From the NCBI GenBank assembly GCA_944323345.1, contig CALUSC010000006.1:17539-81538 (forward strand): 64,000 nt of DNA, given 5' to 3'. Source of the stretch: an uncultured Bacteroidales bacterium. Lineage in GTDB: Bacteria; Bacteroidota; Bacteroidia; Bacteroidales; UBA932. The notes under the pieces were generated by a model that ran no database searches, was not told where the DNA came from, and saw only the letters and a list, made by a program, of their open reading frames with translations. Positions 29,325-39,133 of the stretch are shown in pieces (the stretch's first letter is position 1; the number at the start of each line of letters is the position of its first letter). Position numbers and translations under genes: made by a program.

Positions 29325-29533
29325 AACGTGAGTTCGATGAAAAGAACGCAGTGAATTTCAGAGAACTACCTCTTTTATAGGATTCGGGAAACGAATCCGT
29401 AGGTAAGTCCTCCCATACGAAGGGGAGGATTTAGGAGGGGTGGCACGTAAAAGGAAAGAGATTTCGAAGAAATCGTAACGTCAGTTCGACGAAGTCTCTG
29501 GTCCTGAGTATAATAGTTCGTCGAACTGACGTT
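29325..29533. mobile_element. MITE-like non-autonomous element with terminal inverted repeats and target-site duplication
   Basis: AACGTGAGTTCGATGAA ... TTCGTCGAACTGACGTT (2 mismatches). TTAAGTCTAA occurs at both ends (29317-29326 and 29532-29541). A third terminal copy lies at 29476. Confidence 0.65.
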
Positions 29534-29808
29534 AAGTCTAATATTTTTGGAGTAATCAGTATGGGTATATCTAAATGAGTGTAGGTATAGTTAAAGGCCA
29601 TAATATCCAAATCAATTTTCCGGTTTTATCTGGAAATCAATCGGGTATATTTAAGGCAGGCATCCGATTGAATATACCTTAATGTCTTTTTATCTATAAT
29701 CCGGAAAATCAAGATATTATAGCAGTGACAAAAATTTCAGAGGGGTTATATGTGAGGATTTCAAAAATTTGTCACACCTACCTATAAACGAAAAGCAGCC
29801 TTGAAACA

Positions 29809-29843
29809 ACAGTTCCGGCAGATCTTAAATCTGCCGGAACTGT
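29809..29843 (-). terminator. maeB terminator hairpin
   Basis: Perfect 15-bp stem ACAGTTCCGGCAGAT / ATCTGCCGGAACTGT, 5-nt loop. Confidence 0.75.
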
Positions 29844-29855
29844 CTGAAGTATCAA

Positions 29856-32153
29856 TTACTGCTGCTGGTCGGAATTTTCCACTTTCTTCGCCACGATAGC
29901 GTCGATGACTGCCACCGCAGTGATGTTCACTATGTCGCGGACCGAACTCTCGATATCTGTGAAATGTATCGGCTTGTTCAGTCCCATCTGGATAGGTCCT
30001 ATCATTTCCGCATCGCTCATCGCCTGAATCAGCTTGTATGCGGAATTCGCCGAACTCAGATTCGGGAAAATCAGAGTATTGACTATTTTCCCGCGCAGCT
30101 TATTGAACGGGAATTTGTGGTCCCTCAACTTGTCATCCAGAGCGAAATTAACCTGCATTTCACCGTCGATGATGATATCCGGATACATCTCCTGAATGTA
30201 ATCCACAGCCTGGTGAACTGTTTTCGGACTGCCCTCCGTATCGGCTCCGAAATTCGAGTATGAAACCATGGCCATTACAGGTTCATGGTTGAAGAACTTT
30301 ACAGTATGGTCGGCCAGAAGGGCTATATCTATCAGCGCTTTCGAATCAGGATGCCTGTTTATCAGTGTATCGGCGAGGAAATATGTACCCTTTTTCGAAT
30401 TCATGATGTGCATGGTCCCGAAATGCTCCAGACCAGGACGAATTCCGATTACTTCCTTGGCTACCTTTATGGTATTGCTGTACTTGGTATATGTACCGGT
30501 GATGAATGCATCGGCATCTCCGGTCTCGACCATCATCATGCCGAAATAGTTCGGCTCGAACATCTTGTCGCAGGCCTCATCGTAAGTCGCGCCCTCGCGC
30601 GCCCTTTTCCTGGACAATATCCGTGCGTACTTTTCACGTCTGGCCGCCTCGTTGTCATGCCTGAGATTCACGATTTCCACTCCTTCCAGGCTCAGTTCGA
30701 GCTTCTTGGCTATCTTGGCTATTCTTTCGTCGTTTCCGAGCAATATAGGATAGCATATTCCCTCCGATCTGGCTTCGACCGCAGCCTTGATCATATTCGG
30801 ATGATTTCCTTCGGCGAATACCACTCTCTGGGGATCTGTCCTCGCCGTAGTATAAAGCTGACGTATGAATTCCGATTCGAATCCCATAAGCTCCTTCAGA
30901 TGCTCGCGGTAGGCATTCCAGTCAGTGATTTCCTTACGGGCTACTCCTGATGCCATGGCAGCCTTCGCTACGGCTATCGACACATCCGTGATAAGCCGCG
31001 GATCGACAGGCTTCGGTATGAAATAGTCCGGTCCGAAAGTGAAGTTATTCACCTTGTAAGCCTCGTTCACGATATCCGGGACAGGCTTTTTGGCCAGATC
31101 CGCGATGGCGTGTACCGCCGCCAGCTTCATCTCCTCGTTTATGGCCGAAGCATTCACATCCAGAGCTCCGCGGAAAATATACGGGAATCCGATTACATTG
31201 TTGATCTGGTTAGGATAATCCGATCTGCCGGTAGAAATCAGCACATCATCTCTCGAAGCCTTGGCATCTTCATAGCTTATTTCAGGAACAGGGTTCGCCA
31301 GAGCGAAGACGATAGGGGATTTGGCCATGCTCCGCACCATATCCTGAGTCAGCACATTTCCTTTGGAAAGACCGAGGAATACATCTGCGCCCTTTATGGC
31401 TTCAGCCAGAGTATGGACATCCTTTCTGTCTGTAGCGAAAAGTTTCTTCTGTTCGGTAAGATTCGGTCTGTCGGAAGTGATGACACCTTTGCTGTCCAGC
31501 ATTATGATATTTTCCTTCTTTGCTCCGAGGGCCACGTAAAGGCTTGTGCAGGAAATAGCCGAAGCGCCGGCGCCGTTGACCACAATCCTGACTTCATCTA
31601 TCTTTTTCCCCGCCACTTCCAGCGCATTCAGCAGGCCGGCGCTCGATATGATGGCAGTACCGTGCTGATCATCGTGCATTACGGGAATATCCAGTTCCTC
31701 TTTCAGCCTACGCTCTATTTCAAAACATTCCGGAGCCTTGATATCCTCCAGATTTATGCCCCCGAAAGTCGGGGCAATGGCCTTGACAGTCTCTATGAAT
31801 TTGTCTGGATCCTTCTCGTCTATTTCGATATCGAACACATCGATTCCTGCATAAATCTTGAACAGCAGCCCCTTGCCTTCCATGACCGGTTTCCCGCTCA
31901 ATGCTCCTATGTCTCCGAGGCCCAGAACCGCCGTACCGTTTGAAATCACCGCCACGAGATTTCCTTTGGCCGTATATTTATACGCGTCATGCGGATTCTT
32001 CTCGATTTCCAGACATGGTTCGGCCACACCTGGTGAATAGGCCAGCGACAGGTCTCTCTGCGTGCTGTGCGGCTTGGTGGGAACCACCTCGATTTTGCCT
32101 GGCTTGCCCTGGGAATGATACAGCAGGGCTTCTTCTTTGGTTATATTACTCAT
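29856..32153 (-). CDS. maeB: NADP-dependent malic enzyme with phosphotransacetylase-like domain
   Basis: [53 protein letters not shown]. Confidence 0.97.
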   Translation of the reverse strand: MSNITKEEALLYHSQGKPGKIEVVPTKPHSTQRDLSLAYSPGVAEPCLEIEKNPHDAYKYTAKGNLVAVISNGTAVLGLGDIGALSGKPVMEGKGLLFKIYAGIDVFDIEIDEKDPDKFIETVKAIAPTFGGINLEDIKAPECFEIERRLKEELDIPVMHDDQHGTAIISSAGLLNALEVAGKKIDEVRIVVNGAGASAISCTSLYVALGAKKENIIMLDSKGVITSDRPNLTEQKKLFATDRKDVHTLAEAIKGADVFLGLSKGNVLTQDMVRSMAKSPIVFALANPVPEISYEDAKASRDDVLISTGRSDYPNQINNVIGFPYIFRGALDVNASAINEEMKLAAVHAIADLAKKPVPDIVNEAYKVNNFTFGPDYFIPKPVDPRLITDVSIAVAKAAMASGVARKEITDWNAYREHLKELMGFESEFIRQLYTTARTDPQRVVFAEGNHPNMIKAAVEARSEGICYPILLGNDERIAKIAKKLELSLEGVEIVNLRHDNEAARREKYARILSRKRAREGATYDEACDKMFEPNYFGMMMVETGDADAFITGTYTKYSNTIKVAKEVIGIRPGLEHFGTMHIMNSKKGTYFLADTLINRHPDSKALIDIALLADHTVKFFNHEPVMAMVSYSNFGADTEGSPKTVHQAVDYIQEMYPDIIIDGEMQVNFALDDKLRDHKFPFNKLRGKIVNTLIFPNLSSANSAYKLIQAMSDAEMIGPIQMGLNKPIHFTDIESSVRDIVNITAVAVIDAIVAKKVENSDQQQ

Positions 32154-32197
32154 ATATAGTCCGTCTTATATTTAGTGTAATAAATGTTCCATGTTTC

Positions 32198-32236
32198 AAA
32201 AAAACCGGCCCCAAAATTCTCAGGGCCGGTTCTTTT
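32198..32236 (-). terminator. Intrinsic terminator of the TPR lipoprotein gene
   Basis: AACCGGCCC / GGGCCGGTT stem with a poly-T tail on the minus strand. Confidence 0.75.
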
Positions 32237-32253
32237 CCAATGCCGAAACTGGC

Positions 32254-33894
32254 TTATTTGTACTGAGCGAATTCTATATCCTTCGTAGCTCTCTCAGCCA
32301 GTTTGCTGTCCTTGCTTGCAGCTTCGATGTATTTCTTGACATCGTTTGCGTTGCCCTGACGGGCTGCGATGACAGCCTTAAGGTAAGAAGTGGTAGGGCA
32401 GCTGCATGTAGCGGCAGCGGATGCCTTGTCGAGCTGGCCTGTAAGGATATAAGCCAGAACCTTGTTGCAGCAATTGTCAGCAGAAGCGAGTTTCGCTGCG
32501 GCATCGGCATATTTGCCGTCGAGAATATCGAGGACTGCGGCATTTTCCTTTGAAGTGGCGTTGCCGGCAGCTGCGAAATACTTGGCAGCCTCGGCGTTGT
32601 TACCTTCCCTCAAGGCGATTACGCCCATTGCATTCTGCCAGTCGGCATCTTTTTCAGCCTTGGCAAGAGCAGATTTGGCATTTGCGAGGTCGTTTGCGCA
32701 GATATAAGCGGCGCCGAGGTTATATTTGGCGCGTGCGCTGTTGAATTTCTCGATAGCTTTCTTGTAAACTTCAGCCTTTGCAGCGTAATCCTTGACTACT
32801 GAAGCGGCGCGGAGGAGAGCCTCTTCATCGAGGATGTCGATATTCTCTTCGATCAGAGACAGAAGCTCGTCGTTGGAATAGTTGGTGAATTCGACATTGG
32901 CGATGAACCTTGCGCGGCGGAGTTCAGGAAGAATTTCCTTCTTGAGTGACTGGTACACTGCAGACATGTTCTTGATTTCCTTCTCGCGGACAGCAGGATC
33001 GCTGTACATGGAAAGAACGCGGATGATCAGGTCCTTGTCCTCAATGTCGGACTCTGATACGAGTTCCTTGAAGCCTTCCCAGTCCTGACCTACGCTCGTA
33101 ACGTTTACAGGAGCCTCGACCTCATGTTTCTTGGTCACTTTGCCGAAAGCCTTCTCTGCAGTCTCCGAACGTTTGCCTGAGAGCTTGGTGTTGAGTTCCT
33201 CGCCTCCGTCAGGTGAAGCGTATGCGATGATGTCGGTGCTGGTGATGGCCTTGCGCTCGTTGGCTTTGATTTCATCGAGAGCAGCCTGGAAGTTCTTGAT
33301 GGACTCGGATTTGAGTTGGCTGCCTCTTACGTATGAACTGTTGATGGTGTAGAGGATCTGGCCCTCGGCAGTCTGCTTGATGATTTCCTGATAGTTGTCA
33401 GCCTTGAAATCCACCTTTCCGGTCTTGTTTACGAGCATGTATGTGGCATTTGCTCCGTCAGCAGCCTTCATGGTAGGGATTTCGATGACTTTCTTCTTGT
33501 ATTTCACTACTCCGCGAAGTTCGAGATAACTCTTTTCCATACCCGGAACATACTCGAAGCTTACTTTCTCCGACACGGTAGTGCCGTCTGAAGGAATCAC
33601 CTTATAGTTATCCTTGACGTCTTCGCCCTGATATGTGAAAGGAGCCATTTCCACTTCACCGCCTTCGTAAACGAGGACAGGAGTCACCTCAAGGATAGCC
33701 TTAGGGTGGAAGTAGTCGGCAGGATAAGTCACTGAAACAGTAGCATCGATCTTGTTTGCCACCACTTCGAGGACAGCAGGATCGCTCTGCACGCTTACGT
33801 TCTCTGCCATTTCTGCCATTTTCTCAGGAGAGCTGCAGGCTACGGCAGCAAGTCCCAACACGGCAGAAGAAAGGATTTTGAAACTTTTTTTCAT
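32254..33894 (-). CDS. Conserved Bacteroidetes lipoprotein with OmpA-like domain and C-terminal TPR repeats
   Basis: Lipobox AVAC; AYASPDG...NTKLSGKR; Ala-rich TPR helices. Confidence 0.8.
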   Translation of the reverse strand: MKKSFKILSSAVLGLAAVACSSPEKMAEMAENVSVQSDPAVLEVVANKIDATVSVTYPADYFHPKAILEVTPVLVYEGGEVEMAPFTYQGEDVKDNYKVIPSDGTTVSEKVSFEYVPGMEKSYLELRGVVKYKKKVIEIPTMKAADGANATYMLVNKTGKVDFKADNYQEIIKQTAEGQILYTINSSYVRGSQLKSESIKNFQAALDEIKANERKAITSTDIIAYASPDGGEELNTKLSGKRSETAEKAFGKVTKKHEVEAPVNVTSVGQDWEGFKELVSESDIEDKDLIIRVLSMYSDPAVREKEIKNMSAVYQSLKKEILPELRRARFIANVEFTNYSNDELLSLIEENIDILDEEALLRAASVVKDYAAKAEVYKKAIEKFNSARAKYNLGAAYICANDLANAKSALAKAEKDADWQNAMGVIALREGNNAEAAKYFAAAGNATSKENAAVLDILDGKYADAAAKLASADNCCNKVLAYILTGQLDKASAAATCSCPTTSYLKAVIAARQGNANDVKKYIEAASKDSKLAERATKDIEFAQYK

Positions 33895-33946
33895 TGTGTT
33901 CTGTTATTTAATGGTTTTGTTTGACATCAAATGCGCATATTCTGCA

Positions 33947-33963
33947 CAAATATAACAAATATA
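33947..33963 (-). promoter_or_regulatory. Tandem -7 elements (TATATTTG x2)
   Basis: CAAATATA at 33947-33954 and 33956-33963, upstream of the TPR lipoprotein. Confidence 0.5.
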
Positions 33964-34040
33964 CTTATTATTCGACCGCTCATTTAAAAAAAATCCCCAC
34001 ATTCTTCCTAATTCCGGGCGTTTTCGTAACTTTGTGCGAT

Positions 34041-35297
34041 ATGACGACTCAGGAATTACAGACTTTAAAAAACAAGTTCGACATAATCGGCAATGATCCT
34101 GCGCTGAACCGGGCTCTGGAGATAGCGGTAGCCGTGGCTCCGACCGACCTTACCGTACTTATCAGCGGCGAGAGCGGTGTCGGAAAGGAAAATATTCCCA
34201 AGATCATCCACCAGTTCAGTCTCAGGCGTACCGGCAAGTACTTCGCCATAAACTGCGGGGCTATCCCGGAAGGCACTATAGATTCCGAACTTTTCGGCCA
34301 CGAAAAAGGCTCTTTTACTGGAGCCAACGAAATGAGGCGCGGCTACTTCGAGGAAGCCGACGGTGGTACGCTGTTTCTGGACGAGATAGGCGAACTTCCA
34401 CTGCCGTCCCAGGCCAAGCTGCTCAGAGTCCTGCAGTCGGGAGAATTTATCCGTGTCGGATCTTCGAAGGTCCTGAAGACCGATGTCAGGGTCGTGGCGG
34501 CTACCAACGTGAATCTCAGCTATGCCGTGTCCAGAGGAAAATTCAGGGAAGACCTGTATTACAGGCTGAATGCCGTACCTGTCCTGATGCCTGCACTCCG
34601 CGAAAGGAAGGACGACATACATCTGCTGTTCAGGAAATTCGCCTCTGACTTCGCGGCTAAATATAATATGGTGAAGATATCGCTGACAGACGATGCCGTC
34701 GCACTGCTGAAAAACTACCGCTGGCCCGGCAATATCAGACAGCTGAAGAATGTGGCCGAGACAGTCTCCGCCCTGGAATCCGTGAAATCGGCTCCCGGCA
34801 GCGAGAGACGCGAGATCGATGCCTCGGTCCTGTCCAGATATATCCCGAAGGACGAGCCGAATCTGCTGCCGGTGAAAGCAGACGCGAACGAAGATACATT
34901 CACCTCTTCGGAAAAGGAAATGCTCGTACGTACCATTTACCAGCTGAGGCAGGATGTAGACTATCTTAAATCCATCGTCGCAGGCAGCCGGACCCCTGAC
35001 CAGAGCCATGCCTCCGGAATGCCCCTTCTGGGCAATACGGGCGAAACCCGCGCCGAAGCTCCTGACGAGCAGCCGGCGAGGGAGATTTTCAAGGAAAGCA
35101 CCGAGCCCGACGAGCAGACCAGCGCCGGCGGTGCTCCGATGGGTGAAAACGCAGGGAATCTGTCCATAGAAAGGACCGAACTGCAGCTGATCAGACGCGC
35201 TCTGGACAAATACAGGGGAAACCGCAAGCTCGCGGCGGAGGAACTGGGAATATCGGAAAGGACATTGTACCGTAAACTGAAATCCCTGGACAAATAA
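34041..35297 (+). CDS. Sigma54-dependent Fis-family transcriptional activator (no receiver domain)
   Basis: ISGESGVGKE, SELFGHEKGSFTGA, LFLDEIGE, FREDLYYRL, WPGNIRQL, C-terminal HTH AAEELGISERTLYRK. Confidence 0.93.
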   Translation: MTTQELQTLKNKFDIIGNDPALNRALEIAVAVAPTDLTVLISGESGVGKENIPKIIHQFSLRRTGKYFAINCGAIPEGTIDSELFGHEKGSFTGANEMRRGYFEEADGGTLFLDEIGELPLPSQAKLLRVLQSGEFIRVGSSKVLKTDVRVVAATNVNLSYAVSRGKFREDLYYRLNAVPVLMPALRERKDDIHLLFRKFASDFAAKYNMVKISLTDDAVALLKNYRWPGNIRQLKNVAETVSALESVKSAPGSERREIDASVLSRYIPKDEPNLLPVKADANEDTFTSSEKEMLVRTIYQLRQDVDYLKSIVAGSRTPDQSHASGMPLLGNTGETRAEAPDEQPAREIFKESTEPDEQTSAGGAPMGENAGNLSIERTELQLIRRALDKYRGNRKLAAEELGISERTLYRKLKSLDK

Positions 35298-35313
35298 TAT
35301 TATTATCGGTATC

Positions 35314-35832
35314 ATGAGAAAGACGTTATCTGTCATATTTTTCGTGCTGTCCATGGCTGTACTGGCATTCATCGTACGGTCATGCGGCATCTATTCTTTT
35401 TCAGGAACATCCATCCAGGCGGATGTATATACTGTGAATATCCATTATTTCGAATACAAGGCGCTCAGGGTGAACCCTACTCTGAGCAATGACCTGACGG
35501 AAGCCCTCAAAGACCAGTTCCGCCGGCTTACCAGGCTCGAACAGGTGGACGAGGACGGCGATTTGGATATCGTGGGTGAAATCACCGGATACGATGTGAA
35601 GGCGATGGGTATTACAGCTAATGAAGTGGCATCGCAGAACAGGCTGACTGTCAATGTGAAAATATACTTTACAAACAGGAAATACCCGGAGGACGACTTC
35701 GAGCAGTCATTCTCGGCATACGCCGATTTCGATGCCACCCAGTCCCTGGATGCCGTAGAATCTTCCATCTGCGAAGAAATCATAGACAAGCTCGTGGAGG
35801 ATATTTTCAACGCCACTGTGGCCAACTGGTAG
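35314..35832 (+). CDS. lptE: LptE-family lipoprotein
   Basis: SCGIYSFSGTSI, NRLTVNVKI, C-terminal IFNATVANW typical of Bacteroidetes LptE; conserved position. Confidence 0.75.
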   Translation: MRKTLSVIFFVLSMAVLAFIVRSCGIYSFSGTSIQADVYTVNIHYFEYKALRVNPTLSNDLTEALKDQFRRLTRLEQVDEDGDLDIVGEITGYDVKAMGITANEVASQNRLTVNVKIYFTNRKYPEDDFEQSFSAYADFDATQSLDAVESSICEEIIDKLVEDIFNATVANW

Positions 35833-35835
35833 ACT

Positions 35836-36438
35836 ATGGAAGGATACATAAATCTCAAGACCCTGACTTTCGACGAACTGGTGGGCGTGGTGAATCTGTA
35901 CCCGTGGTTCGGAAATGCGCGGAAGGAGCTGTGTGTCAGACTTCTGTCTATGGGGGACATGGACGTGGCTTCGGAGGCCCTTTCGGATGCTTCCATGTAT
36001 GTGTCATCCAGAAGGGCCCTGGCGTCGCTGCTCAGACAGCAGGATAAGGCAGACTGTTCGGACAAGGATATCGATGCCGTCCTGCGCGCATATATAACCG
36101 AGGCCGGCGAACCGGAAAAATCCGATGACTCCAGACCGCGCCAGGTCCTCGTGGTGGGCGGCGATTATTTTTCCCAGGAGCAGTATGACCGTGTCCGCAA
36201 ATCGGATGATTCCATTTTTTCGGGATTTGCGGGTAAGGCCGCGGACAGCCGCAGGGATGAAACGGCTGGCGGAGCTGAAGACATGCCTGAATTCTATACG
36301 GAAACGCTGGCACGGATATATGCCGAGCAGGGCTATCCGGAACAGGCCAGAAAGATTTATTCAAAACTAATTTTGGCATATCCGGAAAAAAATGCTTACT
36401 TTGCAGCCCTTATTCAGAAAATTGATCAGGAAAATTAA
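35836..36438 (+). CDS. Conserved hypothetical TPR-like protein
   Basis: YPWF N-terminal motif and TETLARIYAEQG...YPEKNAYFA C-terminal motif; lies between lptE and secG. Confidence 0.8.
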   Translation: MEGYINLKTLTFDELVGVVNLYPWFGNARKELCVRLLSMGDMDVASEALSDASMYVSSRRALASLLRQQDKADCSDKDIDAVLRAYITEAGEPEKSDDSRPRQVLVVGGDYFSQEQYDRVRKSDDSIFSGFAGKAADSRRDETAGGAEDMPEFYTETLARIYAEQGYPEQARKIYSKLILAYPEKNAYFAALIQKIDQEN

Positions 36439-36453
36439 AATTCAGGACATATT

Positions 36454-36822
36454 ATGAATGTAGTTTTTACAATTCTGGCAGTGCTCGTCATTCTTGCAAG
36501 CATCTTCCTCACGATTGTAGTATTGCTTCAAAACGGCAAAGGCGGCGGTCTTGCCAGCAACTTCGCTGCAGGAAACCAGACTTTCGGTGTCCGTCAGACA
36601 GCGGATATTCTGGAAAAGATAACCTGGGGCCTTGTAGCATTCGTATTTGTAGTGGCCATCGTATCTTCATTCGTTACGGATACAGGTAAGGGAGGCATGG
36701 ACGTTACAGACCAGATAGAAAGGTCTATCGAGGAAAGCCGTCCTCAGTTCCCTCCGGTACAGCAGGGAATCCCTTCTCAGGAGGCCCCGGCACAGGAAGC
36801 TCCTGCTACTGAAGCTGAGTAG
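36454..36822 (+). CDS. secG: Preprotein translocase subunit SecG
   Basis: VLLQNGKGGGLASNF...ILEKITW with two TM segments. Confidence 0.93.
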   Translation: MNVVFTILAVLVILASIFLTIVVLLQNGKGGGLASNFAAGNQTFGVRQTADILEKITWGLVAFVFVVAIVSSFVTDTGKGGMDVTDQIERSIEESRPQFPPVQQGIPSQEAPAQEAPATEAE

Positions 36823-36833
36823 CGGGTATTGCG

Positions 36834-36854
36834 TGACTGACATTTTGTCAGTCA
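36834..36854. promoter_or_regulatory. Perfect palindrome upstream of clpB, candidate heat-shock operator
   Basis: TGACTGACA-TTT-TGTCAGTCA. Confidence 0.55.
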
Positions 36855-36879
36855 AAAGATAATCGGAATATATTTTGAG

Positions 36880-36913
36880 TATAGCCGTTTGTTCGCAAGA
36901 GCAGACGGCTATA
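36880..36913 (+). terminator. Hairpin downstream of secG (possible terminator)
   Basis: TATAGCCGTTTGTTC / GAGCAGACGGCTATA stem with G-U pairs; weak U-tail. Confidence 0.45.
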
Positions 36914-36978
36914 GGTGCATATAATATTAAGGTATGTGCAGCCGTCCTGAAGAATGGAAATAAAAAGGAGAATACGAG

Positions 36979-39126
36979 ATGGAAAACAATAAACTTGAAT
37001 TTCTTGAAAAATTTGCCGTCAATCTGAACGAAAGGGCGGCACAGGGAAAACTGGACCCTGTCATCGGACGTGACGAAGAGATCCGCCGTGTCCTCCAGAT
37101 ATTGAGCCGAAGGACGAAGAACAACCCTATCCTGGTCGGAGAACCTGGTGTGGGAAAGACGGCAATTTCCGAAGGCATTGCACAGAATATCGTGAACGGC
37201 AATGTCCCTGAGAACCTTAAATCGAAGAAAATATATTCCCTGGATCTGGGTGCGCTGATTGCGGGAGCCAAATATCAGGGAGAGTTCGAAGAGAGGCTCA
37301 AGGGCGTGGTAAAGGAAGTAGTCGACAGCAACGGCGAGATTATTCTCTTCATAGACGAGATTCATACGCTGGTAGGAGCCGGAAGGAGTTCGGGAGCGAT
37401 GGATGCGTCCAATATCCTGAAGCCTGCCCTGGCCAGGGGAGAATTGAGGACCATCGGTTCCACTACCCTGGACGAGTACCAGAAATATTTCGAGTCGGAC
37501 AAGGCTCTGGAGAGACGATTCCAGATGGTGATGGTGGACGAACCTACTCCGGCAGAGTCCATTTCCATACTGAGGGGGCTGAAAGAGAAGTACGAAAACC
37601 ACCACAAGGTGCGTATCGAGGATGATGCCCTTATCGCCGCAGTGGAACTGTCCCACAGGTATATTACGAACAGGTTCCTGCCGGACAAGGCTATCGACCT
37701 GGTCGATGAAGCCGCCTCAAAACTGAGGCTCGAAATGAATTCCGTACCTGAACCGATAGATACGCTGAACAGCCGTATCCGTCAGCTCGAAATCGAAAAG
37801 GCTGCCATCAAACGCGAAGGGGTATCCCTGAAGATGGACAAGATAGAGGAAGAATTGAAGAGCCTGAACAGCCAGCGTGATGCCTTGATGAAGAGATGGG
37901 ACGAAGAGAAAGCCATACTTTCCGGCCTTCAGACTGCACGTCAGCAGGTAGAGGACTATAAGATACAGGCACAGAATGCCGAGCGGGCAGGGGATTACGG
38001 GAAAGTCGCGGAGATACGCTACGGAAAGATGGCGGACGCGAAAAAGAAAATCGATGAACTGACCGCCAGACAGGCCTCCATAAAGGACCCTATCATCACC
38101 GAAGCTGTCACACCGGAAGACATAGCCGAAGTGGTAGCCAAATGGACAGGTATACCTGTAAAGAGAATGCTTGAAAGTGAAAAGGAAAAGCTGCTGAGGA
38201 TGGAAAGCGAGCTCCACAAAAGGGTCGTAGGGCAGGATCAGGCCATACAGGCTGTGGCCGATGCCGTCCGCAGAAGCCGTGCCGGACTGCAGAATGAAAA
38301 ACGTCCTATAGGTTCTTTCCTCTTCCTCGGTACTACCGGCGTGGGCAAGACTGAACTGGCGAAGGCTCTGGCCGAGTTCCTGTTCAACGATGAGAACATG
38401 ATGACCCGTATCGACATGAGCGAATATCAGGAACGTCACTCAGTGAGCCGGCTGGTAGGTGCGCCTCCGGGATATGTCGGATATGACGAAGGCGGACAGC
38501 TGACCGAAGCCGTCAGGAGGAAACCATATTCGGTAATTCTTCTCGACGAAATCGAAAAAGCCCATCCCGACGTGTTCAATATCCTGCTTCAGGTTCTGGA
38601 TGACGGTCGTCTGACCGACAATAAAGGCCGGACAGTGGATTTCAAGAACACCATCCTGATCATGACATCCAACGCGGGAGCAGAAATCATCCAGGGCTAT
38701 ATGGACAGGCTTTCCGACGGCGACAGTCCTGACAGGAGGGCCGATATCCTCGGCCAATGCAGGAAAGAGGTCATCGACGTGCTGAAAAGCACAGTGCGCC
38801 CTGAATTCCTGAACAGGATAGACGAGATAATAATGTTCGAGCCGCTCACCAAGAAAGATATCAGGGAAATTCTGCACCTGCAGATGAATGACCTGAAGGA
38901 GAAGCTGGCTTCCAACGGCGTGGATATCTCATTCTCACAGGCCTTCGAGGACTATATGACAGAGAAAGGCTATGATCCCGCTTACGGTGCCCGTCCTGTA
39001 AAGAGGCTCATGCAGAGGGAACTCGTAAACCTGATAGCGAAAGCCATATTGGACGGAAGCGTCCACAGGGAATCTGCCATAGAGGTGGATGTACGTGACG
39101 GAGCTATCAAGATACGGAACAAATAA
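36979..39126 (+). CDS. clpB: ClpB disaggregase lacking the N-terminal domain
   Basis: [23 protein letters not shown], coiled-coil M-domain, [31 protein letters not shown]; 715 aa. Confidence 0.92.
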   Translation: MENNKLEFLEKFAVNLNERAAQGKLDPVIGRDEEIRRVLQILSRRTKNNPILVGEPGVGKTAISEGIAQNIVNGNVPENLKSKKIYSLDLGALIAGAKYQGEFEERLKGVVKEVVDSNGEIILFIDEIHTLVGAGRSSGAMDASNILKPALARGELRTIGSTTLDEYQKYFESDKALERRFQMVMVDEPTPAESISILRGLKEKYENHHKVRIEDDALIAAVELSHRYITNRFLPDKAIDLVDEAASKLRLEMNSVPEPIDTLNSRIRQLEIEKAAIKREGVSLKMDKIEEELKSLNSQRDALMKRWDEEKAILSGLQTARQQVEDYKIQAQNAERAGDYGKVAEIRYGKMADAKKKIDELTARQASIKDPIITEAVTPEDIAEVVAKWTGIPVKRMLESEKEKLLRMESELHKRVVGQDQAIQAVADAVRRSRAGLQNEKRPIGSFLFLGTTGVGKTELAKALAEFLFNDENMMTRIDMSEYQERHSVSRLVGAPPGYVGYDEGGQLTEAVRRKPYSVILLDEIEKAHPDVFNILLQVLDDGRLTDNKGRTVDFKNTILIMTSNAGAEIIQGYMDRLSDGDSPDRRADILGQCRKEVIDVLKSTVRPEFLNRIDEIIMFEPLTKKDIREILHLQMNDLKEKLASNGVDISFSQAFEDYMTEKGYDPAYGARPVKRLMQRELVNLIAKAILDGSVHRESAIEVDVRDGAIKIRNK

Positions 39127-39133
39127 TCACTGC

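Noticed and set aside
29317-29680. Possible CRISPR array or integron attC array
   Set aside because: The repeats are few, partly inverted and irregularly spaced, and there is no cas or integrase gene in the window.
29725-29775. Invertible promoter between GTGACAAA/TTTGTCAC repeats
   Set aside because: The spacer is too short, contains no TAnnTTTG box, and has no downstream gene or recombinase.
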